From Bacillota bacterium (GTDB taxonomy: Bacteria; Bacillota; Limnochordia; Darwinibacteriales; Darwinibacteriaceae): a stretch of DNA of 64,000 nucleotides. The notes beneath the pieces are model-generated. The model was given only the letters and a program-made list of their open reading frames with translations. It was not told where the DNA came from and searched no databases. A program made the translations under genes and the position numbers. Shown piece after piece: positions 47,839 to 57,518 of this stretch (its first letter is position 1; each line of letters opens with the position of its first letter). The DNA lies in the NCBI GenBank assembly GCA_030054835.1, contig JASGVS010000010.1:10276-74275 (forward strand), written 5' to 3'.

Positions 47839-49962
47839 GTGAAAAGGCTTTGCGAATTTACAAAAAAGCCCCGGGGGATGCTTCTCTTCTCATTGGCACT
47901 CATCATTATCGCCAGCTTCCTAGCGGGCATGTTCCACACCTCGCTCTATTCAGTCAAAGTGGAACGGATCGAATTTGAAACTGAACGGGGTACCCTCACG
48001 GGCCTCCTGTACATGCCCAAGGGAGCCGGAGCGAATGATCCCCGTCCCGTGATCATCACTACCCACGGTTACCTCAACACCAAGGAGATGCAGGACGCAC
48101 CGGCAATTGAAATGTCCCGGCGCGGCTACATCGTCTTGGCCCTGGATATGTACGATCACGGCGACTCCAGATGGGCAGAGCCCATCCCGCCGGGCGGCCA
48201 TTTCGGTACATTCTGGATTTACGCCCAGTTCGATGCGGCCAAGTACATATACGAACAGGATTTCACTAAGAAAGATGCGAACGGTAATGCCTACGTGGCT
48301 GTGAGCGGCCATTCCATGGGTGGTTTTTCCTCCTTTATTGCCATGTACATGGATGAAATGGCTGCGCTGCAAAACGGCTACCGGATGATCTACACCGGTA
48401 TTTCAGTCGGTTCGGACTTTTCCTATGCCGCGGCGGTAGCATCCCAGGAACAGTTCATGGCGGCATTCGGCTCCCGTACCGTCGGTATGATTGCAGCCCA
48501 TTACGATGAGTTTTTCTTTAATAAGTCTGCGGCGGAGAAAACTGAAGCGGAAAAAGCTGTGGTGGGCACCGTCGTCTACAAAGACTTCCCCGCAACCATC
48601 TCGGGTAAGGCTTTCCTCGGCTTAGAACCAACCGCGACTCCAGGCGAGGCAGGCAGGTTCTACACCGTTGATTCGGGCCCGGTCATGATCAATGACATGA
48701 TAGTGCGCGCTTCCGAGCTGGGCCGCCGCGTCATTTACACACCCAATGAGATTCATCCCTGGAACCACTTTTCCAAGCGGACAACGGCACATCTGATCGA
48801 TTTTTACACCAACGCCTTTGCCGGTGTAACATCTCCCAACCAGACTAAGGTAAACCTGAACCCAAGCAACCAAATCTGGTGGCTGAAGGAAGGCTTTAAC
48901 TTCCTTGCCCTGATCGGCTTCTTCCTCTTTGTCATCTCCCTAGTCAGAATACTGCTCACCCTGCCCTTCTTCCAAAAGGCAAGAGTGGCTCAGCCACAGG
49001 TGGTTTCAGCAGGGAAAACCAGAAACGGGAAGATCATTTCTTGGCTGGTAATCATCCTTGCCACACTGCTGCCCGCCATCTTCTTCCCTGCCCTGTTCAA
49101 CAAGACCGCGGCAGGTATGAAGCCCCTCCTCTGGGGAACAATTGTGGTGGCGGTACTCAGCATCGCTTGGCTCTTCTACAAACGCCAGGAGCAGCAAGGA
49201 GAGGACAGCCCCATCTGGATGCAGGCCGGTGCTATCGCCTTCTTCGCACTCCTTTTGGTGATCTGGATCTTGAGAGCCAATTCCCTGCTGGTTTTGGGCA
49301 GCACCTACAACCAGCCCACCACTAACCAGATTGCCTATTGGGCAGTTGCCAGCGGGTTAATTGCCGCCCTAATCAACGTGATTGTCTACTACCTAGACAG
49401 AAAGGGAAAAGGGGCCCGTTTGGAAGCTTATGGGCTGGTGCTTGAGCCCATGGTCATCGTCTCAGCCTTGGCAGCTGCTTTGGTGGCAGTTGTGGCAGGC
49501 TACATCGTGCTCTGGCTGATGCAGGCTCTCTTTGGAGTTGACTTCAGGATCTGGACATTAGCGGTACGCACCTTTAAGTTCGAACATGTCCGCACCGCCC
49601 TCAGGTATCTTCCCTATTTCTTCGTGTTCTACCTGATCAACGCAGTTGCGGTCAATGCCAATACGCGTGGATTGAAGAAATGGGGCTGCCTGGCCGCTGT
49701 GGCCTTGAACTCGGGCGGTCTCATCCTCTGGCTGCTGTACCACTACGGTAAAGTGTTCCTAACGGGAGTGGCCGGTTTCCCAACCGAAACGCTGAACGGC
49801 ATCCTCCTCATTGCCCTGGTACCCGTCTTGGGCATTGCCGGGGTGTATGCCCGTAAGCTGTTTGAGGAAACGGGTAACGTCTGGTTGGCCGCTTTCTTGA
49901 ACGCCATTCTCTTCACTATGATTACCGCAGCCAACACCGCCATGTTCTGGAATTTAATGTAG
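47839..49962 (+). CDS. membrane-anchored alpha/beta hydrolase fused to a C-terminal polytopic (about 8-TM) domain
   Basis: N-terminal TM, then VIITTHGY...GHSMGG nucleophile elbow, then hydrophobic helices from about residue 330 to the end. Confidence 0.55.
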   Translation: MKRLCEFTKKPRGMLLFSLALIIIASFLAGMFHTSLYSVKVERIEFETERGTLTGLLYMPKGAGANDPRPVIITTHGYLNTKEMQDAPAIEMSRRGYIVLALDMYDHGDSRWAEPIPPGGHFGTFWIYAQFDAAKYIYEQDFTKKDANGNAYVAVSGHSMGGFSSFIAMYMDEMAALQNGYRMIYTGISVGSDFSYAAAVASQEQFMAAFGSRTVGMIAAHYDEFFFNKSAAEKTEAEKAVVGTVVYKDFPATISGKAFLGLEPTATPGEAGRFYTVDSGPVMINDMIVRASELGRRVIYTPNEIHPWNHFSKRTTAHLIDFYTNAFAGVTSPNQTKVNLNPSNQIWWLKEGFNFLALIGFFLFVISLVRILLTLPFFQKARVAQPQVVSAGKTRNGKIISWLVIILATLLPAIFFPALFNKTAAGMKPLLWGTIVVAVLSIAWLFYKRQEQQGEDSPIWMQAGAIAFFALLLVIWILRANSLLVLGSTYNQPTTNQIAYWAVASGLIAALINVIVYYLDRKGKGARLEAYGLVLEPMVIVSALAAALVAVVAGYIVLWLMQALFGVDFRIWTLAVRTFKFEHVRTALRYLPYFFVFYLINAVAVNANTRGLKKWGCLAAVALNSGGLILWLLYHYGKVFLTGVAGFPTETLNGILLIALVPVLGIAGVYARKLFEETGNVWLAAFLNAILFTMITAANTAMFWNLM

Positions 49963-50001
49963 GCGGGGTTCAGAGCAGAACAATTTTGTCTAGAAAAGAA
50001 G

Positions 50002-50030
50002 ACGCCCGGGCAATGCCCGGGCGTTTTTGT
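50002..50030. terminator. bidirectional rho-independent terminator between convergent genes
   Basis: ACGCCCGGGC-aat-GCCCGGGCGT perfect 10-bp stem with TTTTT on the plus side and an A-rich/T-rich tract on the other. Confidence 0.65.
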
Positions 50031-50046
50031 GTCAAATTGGAGTCGC

Positions 50047-50958
50047 CTATCCCTTTACAAACAGCGTAACTGCACCTTTTTTGGTTATGGCCTCCGCAGC
50101 CAGGGCATTGCCTTGGGCAAGCCACTCCTGGGGACTGCCGCCCTTTAGGTAAGCGGCCAAAAAGCCTGCGTTAAACACATCCCCTGCCCCTGTGGTATCC
50201 ACAACATCCACCTTGGGTGCCGGGGCAAAGTGTTCCACTGCGCCGTCCTCCGTTTTAGCCGTAAGCAGGGAGCCTTTACCACCCAGCTTCAGCACAATGT
50301 TCCTTGTCCTCTCTCGCAGCACGGCAAGGCCTTCTTCCACAGACTCCTCACCGGTCAGTAGTTTCAGTTCCAATCGGTTGGGAAAGGTGAAGTCCGCTTC
50401 CGCCAGCAGCTTGGTCAACACAGCCTTATCCACCGCATGCACCAGTGGCGATGGATCCCAGGCCACAATACCGCCCGCCCTTTTCACGATCTCCACCGCC
50501 TTAAGGACGAAGTCCGCTTGACCCGGGTCTAGGAGGAAATAGCCTGAGAGAAAGAGCAGTTTTGCCTCGCGCAGGCCGTTAATCACCTCTTCTGTTAACT
50601 CAGGCGTTTCAGCAGAAGCCCCTCGGTAGGAGAACATGGTACGCTCCGCGCTGGCATCGATCATGGTTATGGTGTACCCGGTGGCGCTGCCGTACTGAAT
50701 GCAGCTGGTATCAATCTGAAAGGACTCTAACTGCTCCCTAATCTCTTCCCCCGCGGCATCTCTGCCGATCCTGCCGCAAAACAGGCAGGGGACACCCTGA
50801 TAGGCCAAAGCTATTGCCGTATTGGCCGCGGAACCGCCGGTGTTCCGGATAGATTCCAAGATAGCGGCCTCTTCCCCCGGTTGGGGGAAGCGGTCAAGCC
50901 AATACTGATGATCGAGAAGCAGGTCGCCGATGATAAATACCTTACCTGGAGTAGTCAA
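50047..50958 (-). CDS. psuK: PfkB-family carbohydrate kinase, probably pseudouridine kinase
   Basis: Ribokinase-family GG and DTxGAGD motifs; immediately downstream of psuG. Confidence 0.55.
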   Translation of the reverse strand: MTTPGKVFIIGDLLLDHQYWLDRFPQPGEEAAILESIRNTGGSAANTAIALAYQGVPCLFCGRIGRDAAGEEIREQLESFQIDTSCIQYGSATGYTITMIDASAERTMFSYRGASAETPELTEEVINGLREAKLLFLSGYFLLDPGQADFVLKAVEIVKRAGGIVAWDPSPLVHAVDKAVLTKLLAEADFTFPNRLELKLLTGEESVEEGLAVLRERTRNIVLKLGGKGSLLTAKTEDGAVEHFAPAPKVDVVDTTGAGDVFNAGFLAAYLKGGSPQEWLAQGNALAAEAITKKGAVTLFVKG

Positions 50959-50968
50959 TGTGCTCCCC

Positions 50969-51898
50969 CTAAATCGGGCCCAGTTTGCTGTATTCTACCG
51001 CAATCTGGGCGGCAAGGGCAGCGTTGTTTAAAACGAGCTGAATATTGGCTTCCAGGCTCTTACCTGCCGTTGCCTTTTGGATTGCATCAAGCAGGAAGGG
51101 TGTTGTATCCTTACCTTTAATCCCCAGCCTGTCTGCTTCCGCTAGAGCTTCGTTGATTTTAGCATCGATGTAATCCCTGTCCATGGCAAACTCTTCGGGA
51201 ATGGGATTACCAACTACCATACCCTGGCGACTACCAAGTTCCAGCTGGGCCTTGAAAATCCGGGCGATCTCTGCCGGGTCATCCACCCGGTAGTCAACGC
51301 CAAAGCCGCTGCTGATGGTGTAAAAGGCCGGGAGCTCATCCGTTTTGTAACCCAAGACGGGCACGCCTTGTGTCTCCAAGTATTCAAGGGTCAAGCCAAG
51401 GTCGAGAATAGACTTGGCCCCGGCACAGACAACCATAACCGGTGTCCTGGCCAGTTCTTCTAAGTCAGCGGAAATGTCCATCGTTTCAGTTGCACCGCGG
51501 TGGACACCACCAATACCTCCGGTGCAGAACACCGAAATGCCTGCTAGGTTAGCAACTGCCATTGTTCCTGCCACAGTTGTGGCACCCATGGAACCCCGGG
51601 CAGCTAAAACTGCTAGATCTCGCCTGCTGGCTTTCGGCACCGCTGCCCCTTCCTTACCGAGCAGTTCAATTTCATCGACCGATAAGCCGGCCCGCATTTT
51701 TCCGTTGATTATGGCGATGGTAGCTGGAATGGCACCGTTGTCCCTAACAACCTGTTCAACAGCTAAGGCAGTTTCCACGTTTTTCGGATAAGGCATACCG
51801 TGGGCAATGATGGTAGATTCTAATGCCACCACCGGACCTCCGGCCGCCAGAGTTTCTTCAACTTCTGCCGATCTTACCACCCAATTTGTCTGCAGCAT
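50969..51898 (-). CDS. psuG: pseudouridine-5'-phosphate glycosidase
   Basis: GGPVVALESTIIAHGMPYP, GGIGGVHRGA and the indigoidine-synthase-A-like pattern; GAGGAGGG RBS before the chosen ATG. Confidence 0.85.
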   Translation of the reverse strand: MLQTNWVVRSAEVEETLAAGGPVVALESTIIAHGMPYPKNVETALAVEQVVRDNGAIPATIAIINGKMRAGLSVDEIELLGKEGAAVPKASRRDLAVLAARGSMGATTVAGTMAVANLAGISVFCTGGIGGVHRGATETMDISADLEELARTPVMVVCAGAKSILDLGLTLEYLETQGVPVLGYKTDELPAFYTISSGFGVDYRVDDPAEIARIFKAQLELGSRQGMVVGNPIPEEFAMDRDYIDAKINEALAEADRLGIKGKDTTPFLLDAIQKATAGKSLEANIQLVLNNAALAAQIAVEYSKLGPI

Positions 51899-51963
51899 AT
51901 CGCAGCCCTCCTCAAAAGAATCCGTTCTTTTCTGATTCGTCATAGATCTGGGAGTTCCTTGAA

Positions 51964-53178
51964 CTAAGTGATCAAATGGAGAAAACTTGTGCCGTTTTCC
52001 GGCTCCTCCACAGCAAAGTAATCTGCAATGGTGGCAGCCAAGTCGGAAAGGGTCTCCCTCTCTCCAATCTCAGTGGACCGAATGCCCTGGCCGTAGGCCA
52101 AGACAAACGTCTTTTCCCGGGTGTGCTGGCTGAAACCGATGGTGGGATCATTACCGTGGTCCGCAGATACTAAAAGCAGATCACCCGGCAGCATAGCCTC
52201 CATTATCTTCCCAAGATACTCATCGACGATCATAAGTTTTTCGGCGTAGGTATCGACGTTTTGGGCATGGCCGGCCAAATCCGTTTCCTGTACCGTTCCT
52301 GCCACAAGCCCGGTCATGAACCTATCTAGGGAGCAGTAGATCTCTTCCATCACCTGTGTCGTTTCCACCGCAGGGATTTTCACCGCACCTTCGCATTCAA
52401 TCACATCCTGCATCTTGCCAACCAGCGTTACGGTGTAAAGCCTGCGGGCTAGAATGGAACTGATCTGGCTCTGGGGATCCACACCATAGCCCAGATGTCT
52501 GCTCACATAACCTTTCTTGTACACACCGGACTTGGGCGAATTGACGCCAGTTAAGCCATCTGCCCGGGTTTCTATACTGCCAAGGAGTTGTTCCCGGCTT
52601 ACTCCCCTACCCCCTAGGGCGATCACCCTGTTTACCTTCACCACCGCCCGGACAATGCGGGCGATGGCCAATACCTCTTCAAAGTCGATCTCATCGAGGG
52701 GAGCACTGACGTTGTAAATCTGGCCGTAGTCCGTTTCAATGTTATCCGCTACCACAACGCGATCATCAACCAAAATGTATGGCTTGTCCTGTTCGGGAAA
52801 ACTGACCCGGTGCCCCGCCCTGGTCAGCTCCGTGATTACCTCATCCCGGAAGTAGCTGAAGGGCTTAAGCAGGGGCTTTTTGGGCTTGGTACCCATAATT
52901 TCCTGGTGACCCATATAACTGTCCGCACCGGCGTGGGCCAAGTTCAAAACACCCACTGCACCCAGCTGCTTATCACCGGACAAACGGGGATGCATTAGGA
53001 TCTGATTGATCCCGAGCCTCTCCAAATTGGGGATTTCCAAACGTTCTGCCTGATCCAAAATGTGCTTAAATGTGTTGGCCCCCATATCCTGGGACCTGAC
53101 TTCCGCCACGTCGTCCATGGCTCCGACACCTAGGCTGTCTATAATCACTAAAATAACTCTTTTCATTGCATCACCCAT
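51964..53178 (-). CDS. phosphopentomutase-family protein (DeoB/YhfW-like)
   Basis: KRVILVIIDSLGVG metal-binding N-terminus, ADHGND; about 400 aa; start overlaps the upstream stop (ATGGGTGA). Confidence 0.7.
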   Translation of the reverse strand: MGDAMKRVILVIIDSLGVGAMDDVAEVRSQDMGANTFKHILDQAERLEIPNLERLGINQILMHPRLSGDKQLGAVGVLNLAHAGADSYMGHQEIMGTKPKKPLLKPFSYFRDEVITELTRAGHRVSFPEQDKPYILVDDRVVVADNIETDYGQIYNVSAPLDEIDFEEVLAIARIVRAVVKVNRVIALGGRGVSREQLLGSIETRADGLTGVNSPKSGVYKKGYVSRHLGYGVDPQSQISSILARRLYTVTLVGKMQDVIECEGAVKIPAVETTQVMEEIYCSLDRFMTGLVAGTVQETDLAGHAQNVDTYAEKLMIVDEYLGKIMEAMLPGDLLLVSADHGNDPTIGFSQHTREKTFVLAYGQGIRSTEIGERETLSDLAATIADYFAVEEPENGTSFLHLIT

Positions 53179-54352
53179 TGCGTATTAAGTTGCCCCAGCT
53201 GTCGTAAATCCCGACTAGATGAGGTTCTCCCGTACTGATGCCCTCCACAACCGCCACTTCTGAACGGGTAACAAAGATCTGGGTCCTAAAGGCGTAGACT
53301 ACCGTATCCCCCACCTTTACTGGACTGCCGTTAAGGAGGAGTTCACCGTAATAATCGATGTTTTCCGCCGAACGGGGAGCAGCCGGCAAAATGTTCTCCA
53401 CCGCCCCATCCCAGTTGGTGCCCACCATGGCCTTCTGCACATGGCCCCGGGGGTAAAAGCCTCCGCCGTAGGTGTACGCCTTACCATCGTAGAGATGGGA
53501 TACTTCACTAACGTAGACCAGGGCAGGTGTTTCAGGCTGGCTGCCGTTGGCATTCAAGGGCGTTGTGCCTGTAAAGGCGTGCCCCGGCTCCGCGTGGGTA
53601 CCACCCAGTTCACGCACATGGGCCAGGGAAGCGACTGAGTTTGCACTTGGGGCGTTGATTTGGCTTAGTTCTAGACCCAATTCATCACGCAGGAGCTGAG
53701 CCCCCCGTATGAGCGTTTGGGCATTAGACGTGGCCTCCACCGCACCTGAGTCGTTGTTGTACAAAAAGCAGGGAAAGACGGTAACCCCCGCGATACGGAC
53801 ACCTGTCAGCGCCATAATCTCCCTGGCCGATACTACAAGTCTCTCTAAGCTAAAACCACCCGTTTGGCCGGGGTAAATCAGGTCACCTTCGCCTACTACC
53901 CTCAATAGTAGATCCTGCACCCTACCCTGCTTTTCTGCCTCGAGCGATATTTCCTTTGCTTTTTCCACCGAAAAAACGGTGATCACTTCCGGTTGATACG
54001 AAAGAATCTCAGTAATCATACTAGAGGGAATCTGGACGAGATGACCCACATTACCAAGTCTAATGCCGGCGCGGGCCAGCGTTAAAGCCTCCCATGGGTC
54101 CACTGCCACCGCCTGCTCGATGCCGGTTGCGGCAATGCGCTGGGCTACATGGGGATTGCGGCCGATTTGTTTTGTCATCATATAAAGCTTAAGGCCTAAA
54201 CGATCTGCTTCTTCCTTGAGCAGAACTGCGTTGGCTGTAATTCGGTCCACGTCTAACACATAGGTATTGGGGCCGATCTGACCCCTGTGGTGTAGCTCAA
54301 TGGCGGCCTCAATCAGTGCCCTGTTCCGTTTTATTGTTGCGTCTAAAAACAT
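53171..54352 (-). CDS. alanine-racemase-fold PLP enzyme (YhfX-like)
   Basis: N-terminal TIM-barrel alanine-racemase-N-like pattern with KQIGRNPH (PLP Lys region) and a C-terminal beta domain. Confidence 0.6.
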   Translation of the reverse strand: MFLDATIKRNRALIEAAIELHHRGQIGPNTYVLDVDRITANAVLLKEEADRLGLKLYMMTKQIGRNPHVAQRIAATGIEQAVAVDPWEALTLARAGIRLGNVGHLVQIPSSMITEILSYQPEVITVFSVEKAKEISLEAEKQGRVQDLLLRVVGEGDLIYPGQTGGFSLERLVVSAREIMALTGVRIAGVTVFPCFLYNNDSGAVEATSNAQTLIRGAQLLRDELGLELSQINAPSANSVASLAHVRELGGTHAEPGHAFTGTTPLNANGSQPETPALVYVSEVSHLYDGKAYTYGGGFYPRGHVQKAMVGTNWDGAVENILPAAPRSAENIDYYGELLLNGSPVKVGDTVVYAFRTQIFVTRSEVAVVEGISTGEPHLVGIYDSWGNLIRNG

Positions 54353-55477
54353 TTAACCACCCCGTACATCTGCCTTGTCCACTGCTTCCTGCAGTACCCT
54401 GAGGACAGTATCTGCCCCTGCCCGCATGGGATTAATCCTGATCATGTAGTCTGCCAATTTGGGGTCTTGGGCCAGGAAAGTGCCTGAAACCCTGTAAAAC
54501 ATGGCCGCCACTTCATACCTCGACTCAGCTCCCACCGGATAGGGTGCTCCCCCTAGAAGATTAGTTTGCTCCAGCACCTTTTTGGCAATGGGCTGTTCAA
54601 ATTCTACCAAAATCACTCTGCTCTGGGCATTGGCAATGAAAGCAGACCTGATGCCCTTTACCTCGCCTGCGTTGAGCCTAGCCACAACCTCATCGGCCGC
54701 TTCCTTCTGCAGGGCAAGCATAACAGGGGCGTAGACGAGGGAGCGCAGTGCCTCCAGCGCTTCGTGGCCCTGTACCTGGCTTCCACCTGAGTAATTTAGC
54801 TCGTTAAGCTTATCGATTGTGCTTTGATCAGCCAGAACGCAGCCTATCCCTTCCGGGCCAAGGAGCTTAAAGAGGGAAAAGGCACTGGCGCTTCCCCCTG
54901 CCTCTACGCCAATTTTTTCCGCCTTCATTACAGCGTAGTTATCATCTACTAGAATAAAGAGGGATGGGTTGATTTCCTTAAGCAGTTCAATTGTCTCGCC
55001 TAAGTGATAGCGATCGGAAGGAATCTGTCTGGTATGCTGGACTAGGCAGAAATCAACCGCCTGGATCACGTTTTTGTCCCAGGTCTGCGGTTCGTTAAAG
55101 TCCACCGCCACTGTTTCTAAGCCCATGGACTCAATGATCACCCTCGTGGTGGGATAGATGGGTGCGGTATGGACCAGGATTTTCTGTCCCGGTCCGGCTT
55201 TGGCGTTAAAGACAGAGCGGAGGGCACCCGTGCCTGCTCCCCGCACGAGGGCGCAGGCCTCGGCGTGGAAAAACTCGGCCAAAACCCTTTCCACCTTTTC
55301 CGTGTAAACAGGCTTGCCCTTTCCGGGAACAACACCGTAGTCACCGGCCTGGAGAAACTCATCGCCGCGAAACTCGCGCATGATCAAATCGACCAGTCTG
55401 AATTGAAACTCCTTAGCCTGTTCTAAATCGATTGTGGCAATGGGATAAGTCCGCATCTCTATCCTCCTAAACCGCAA
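54353..55477 (-). CDS. PLP-dependent enzyme (YhfS-like, Cys/Met-metabolism fold)
   Basis: Fold type I pattern with the S-x-x-K motif FSLFKLLG; 374 aa. Confidence 0.5.
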   Translation of the reverse strand: MRFRRIEMRTYPIATIDLEQAKEFQFRLVDLIMREFRGDEFLQAGDYGVVPGKGKPVYTEKVERVLAEFFHAEACALVRGAGTGALRSVFNAKAGPGQKILVHTAPIYPTTRVIIESMGLETVAVDFNEPQTWDKNVIQAVDFCLVQHTRQIPSDRYHLGETIELLKEINPSLFILVDDNYAVMKAEKIGVEAGGSASAFSLFKLLGPEGIGCVLADQSTIDKLNELNYSGGSQVQGHEALEALRSLVYAPVMLALQKEAADEVVARLNAGEVKGIRSAFIANAQSRVILVEFEQPIAKKVLEQTNLLGGAPYPVGAESRYEVAAMFYRVSGTFLAQDPKLADYMIRINPMRAGADTVLRVLQEAVDKADVRGG

Positions 55478-56366
55478 GCAACCTGCGGGGGTTATGAATG
55501 AGCATCTGATCCAGCTGTTCGTCGGTTATACCGTGCTCCTTCGCTTTGGGTATAAACTCCTCAAAGAGATAGTTGAAACCAATACCGCCGTTCTTCTTCA
55601 GGTGACTCTTACGGGTCATGTCCTGGGAGAGGACAATCTGGTCCAGGTGACCGCGCTCAATCAGGTACTTAATATGTTCGATCCTCACATCATCACTTTC
55701 GTACTTAGCCTTGCCGATGGTGTCAAAGCCCAAGTAACAGCCGCGATCGGCAATCTTAAGGTGGTAGTCCCGATTGCAGTTCAGATCCAAATGACCAATC
55801 AGGATCTTACCTGGATCCACTTTGTACTGGGCAAAGAGGTCTAGCTGTTCCAGGGCCATGGTACCCAAGGTAGTATGGGTGAAGATGGGATGGCCTGTCT
55901 CTAGGTGAGTTAGGATACTGGCCTTGAGCATTCTCATCTCCATGGGCGTGATCTCGTTCTTACTTGTTCCGACCTCGCCAATGATGTGTGCCTTAACTCC
56001 CGTACCGTCCATACCTTCCTCAATTTCCCGAATAAAGATCTCAGCTATTTCCCCTTCACTTAACTGGTACATCTCAGCGGGAATAAACGGTTCTTTGTAA
56101 CAGCCGGTGCTGGCAATAACATTTACGCCGGTCGTTTGACTGATCCGGCGCAGAGTTTCCACATCCCGGCCCATGCCGATGTTGGTTACCTCCACAAGGG
56201 ATTGGATCTGGCTGTTGGCAAGTTCGGTAATAACCGCCTCAACGTCATCGAACTTGGCATCTTCATCCTGCTTAACCCCGGAAAGGTCTATGTGCAAATG
56301 TTCATGGATATAAGTCCTGCCCAAGTCTTCACTCTTAATTTTACCGTTCACAGTATAAATGGCCAT
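55467..56366 (-). CDS. php: phosphotriesterase homology protein (Php/YhfV-like TIM-barrel metal hydrolase)
   Basis: N-terminal LGRTYIHEHL metal-binding HxH; about 300 aa with further His/Asp ligands. Confidence 0.8.
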   Translation of the reverse strand: MAIYTVNGKIKSEDLGRTYIHEHLHIDLSGVKQDEDAKFDDVEAVITELANSQIQSLVEVTNIGMGRDVETLRRISQTTGVNVIASTGCYKEPFIPAEMYQLSEGEIAEIFIREIEEGMDGTGVKAHIIGEVGTSKNEITPMEMRMLKASILTHLETGHPIFTHTTLGTMALEQLDLFAQYKVDPGKILIGHLDLNCNRDYHLKIADRGCYLGFDTIGKAKYESDDVRIEHIKYLIERGHLDQIVLSQDMTRKSHLKKNGGIGFNYLFEEFIPKAKEHGITDEQLDQMLIHNPRRLLAV

Positions 56367-57458
56367 CTAAATCAACCCTTCCTCTTTCCGCTGGTAGCTG
56401 TGGAGAAAATAGCGCTGGAAAAGCTCGGGAGGTGAAAAGGCTTGTGCCAGCATTCTGCCCACCGAGAGAGACAACGATCCACCCCGTTTGCCTTCCGGCC
56501 CCAACACCAAAAGCCCCGATGCCAGTTCACCCGTTGGAATACTCACTGCGGTGGCATTCAGCATGTTTGCTACCCTGATTAAGCCCTTGCCGCCCCTAAT
56601 CTGCATCTCTTTCCCCGTTTCACCCCACGTACCCAGGACCGAATCTCCCCGGCCCCACAGATCTACTGGGCCCTCCTGGGAGAGGATCAGATCAATGCCT
56701 GCAGCTAGCAACTCCCCACACTTGGCTATCAGTTCTTCCCTGCTCGGCAGCGCCAAGTCAGCGGCACCAAAGTCAGCTTCCACAATCTCCACCCAATCCT
56801 CCAGTTTGCCCAGGGCGTGCTGCAAGCCGCTGTTTTCCCGGCTACCGTGTGGGACAGCAACCTTGACTCTCTCCGCCTTCATTTCGTCTGCGCACAGAAG
56901 CTGGTAGTCAGCAACGTGAGCCAATACTTCAAGGCCAAGTTGGTAGTCGTAGGTTATTATACCCACTCCCGGGACGAACTCAATCTTGTCTGTGGAGATC
57001 CTTGGGTTCTGACCCTTGAGACCAAGTCCTTTAGCCATAAAACCAAAAAGCCCGGTGCTGATTGCCGGACCCAGAACAGAACCGCCCCCGTCTGTACCCA
57101 GGGCAAAATCATTAATTCCGAGCAGAATGTTAAGACAGGATCCACTGGATGAGCCGGTCATAACCCCGCCTGTGAGTGGATTGACAAGGTCCACATCGAT
57201 TGCCCTCCCGCCCCGGGCCATACTGTCAATGGTGTGGAAAAGATAGCCGGCTGCTGTCAGTTTGTCAATGAGATTCCAGCTGATCTGCTTGGTGTTCTTT
57301 ACCCCAAAGAGGTAGACATCCCGTTCTCCCTGCTGGATAAGCTCTGCCGCCTCATCCAACACCTCTGGCCTGGCGTACTCCACCGTACGCCTCAGGTTTT
57401 TTTCTGCTGCCAAGGCCGCTTTGGCTACCTTGAGCATTTGAGTGAGGTTATGTTGCAA
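56367..57458 (-). CDS. hypothetical protein (cluster member, function unknown)
   Basis: 363-aa ORF with strong coding pattern and operon context; the GSSSGS stretch only loosely resembles the amidase signature. Confidence 0.4.
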   Translation of the reverse strand: MQHNLTQMLKVAKAALAAEKNLRRTVEYARPEVLDEAAELIQQGERDVYLFGVKNTKQISWNLIDKLTAAGYLFHTIDSMARGGRAIDVDLVNPLTGGVMTGSSSGSCLNILLGINDFALGTDGGGSVLGPAISTGLFGFMAKGLGLKGQNPRISTDKIEFVPGVGIITYDYQLGLEVLAHVADYQLLCADEMKAERVKVAVPHGSRENSGLQHALGKLEDWVEIVEADFGAADLALPSREELIAKCGELLAAGIDLILSQEGPVDLWGRGDSVLGTWGETGKEMQIRGGKGLIRVANMLNATAVSIPTGELASGLLVLGPEGKRGGSLSLSVGRMLAQAFSPPELFQRYFLHSYQRKEEGLI

Positions 57459-57518
57459 AGCAAATCACTTCCTAAAAGGGGCGAAGCCGGTTTTCCCGGC
57501 TCCACCCTCCCTTACTGT

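Noticed and set aside
56367-57458. Calling the 363-aa cluster protein an amidase on the basis of GSSSGS
   Set aside because: The amidase-signature match is short, the protein is about 100 aa shorter than AS-family amidases and the Ser-cisSer-Lys triad cannot be placed. It is left as hypothetical.
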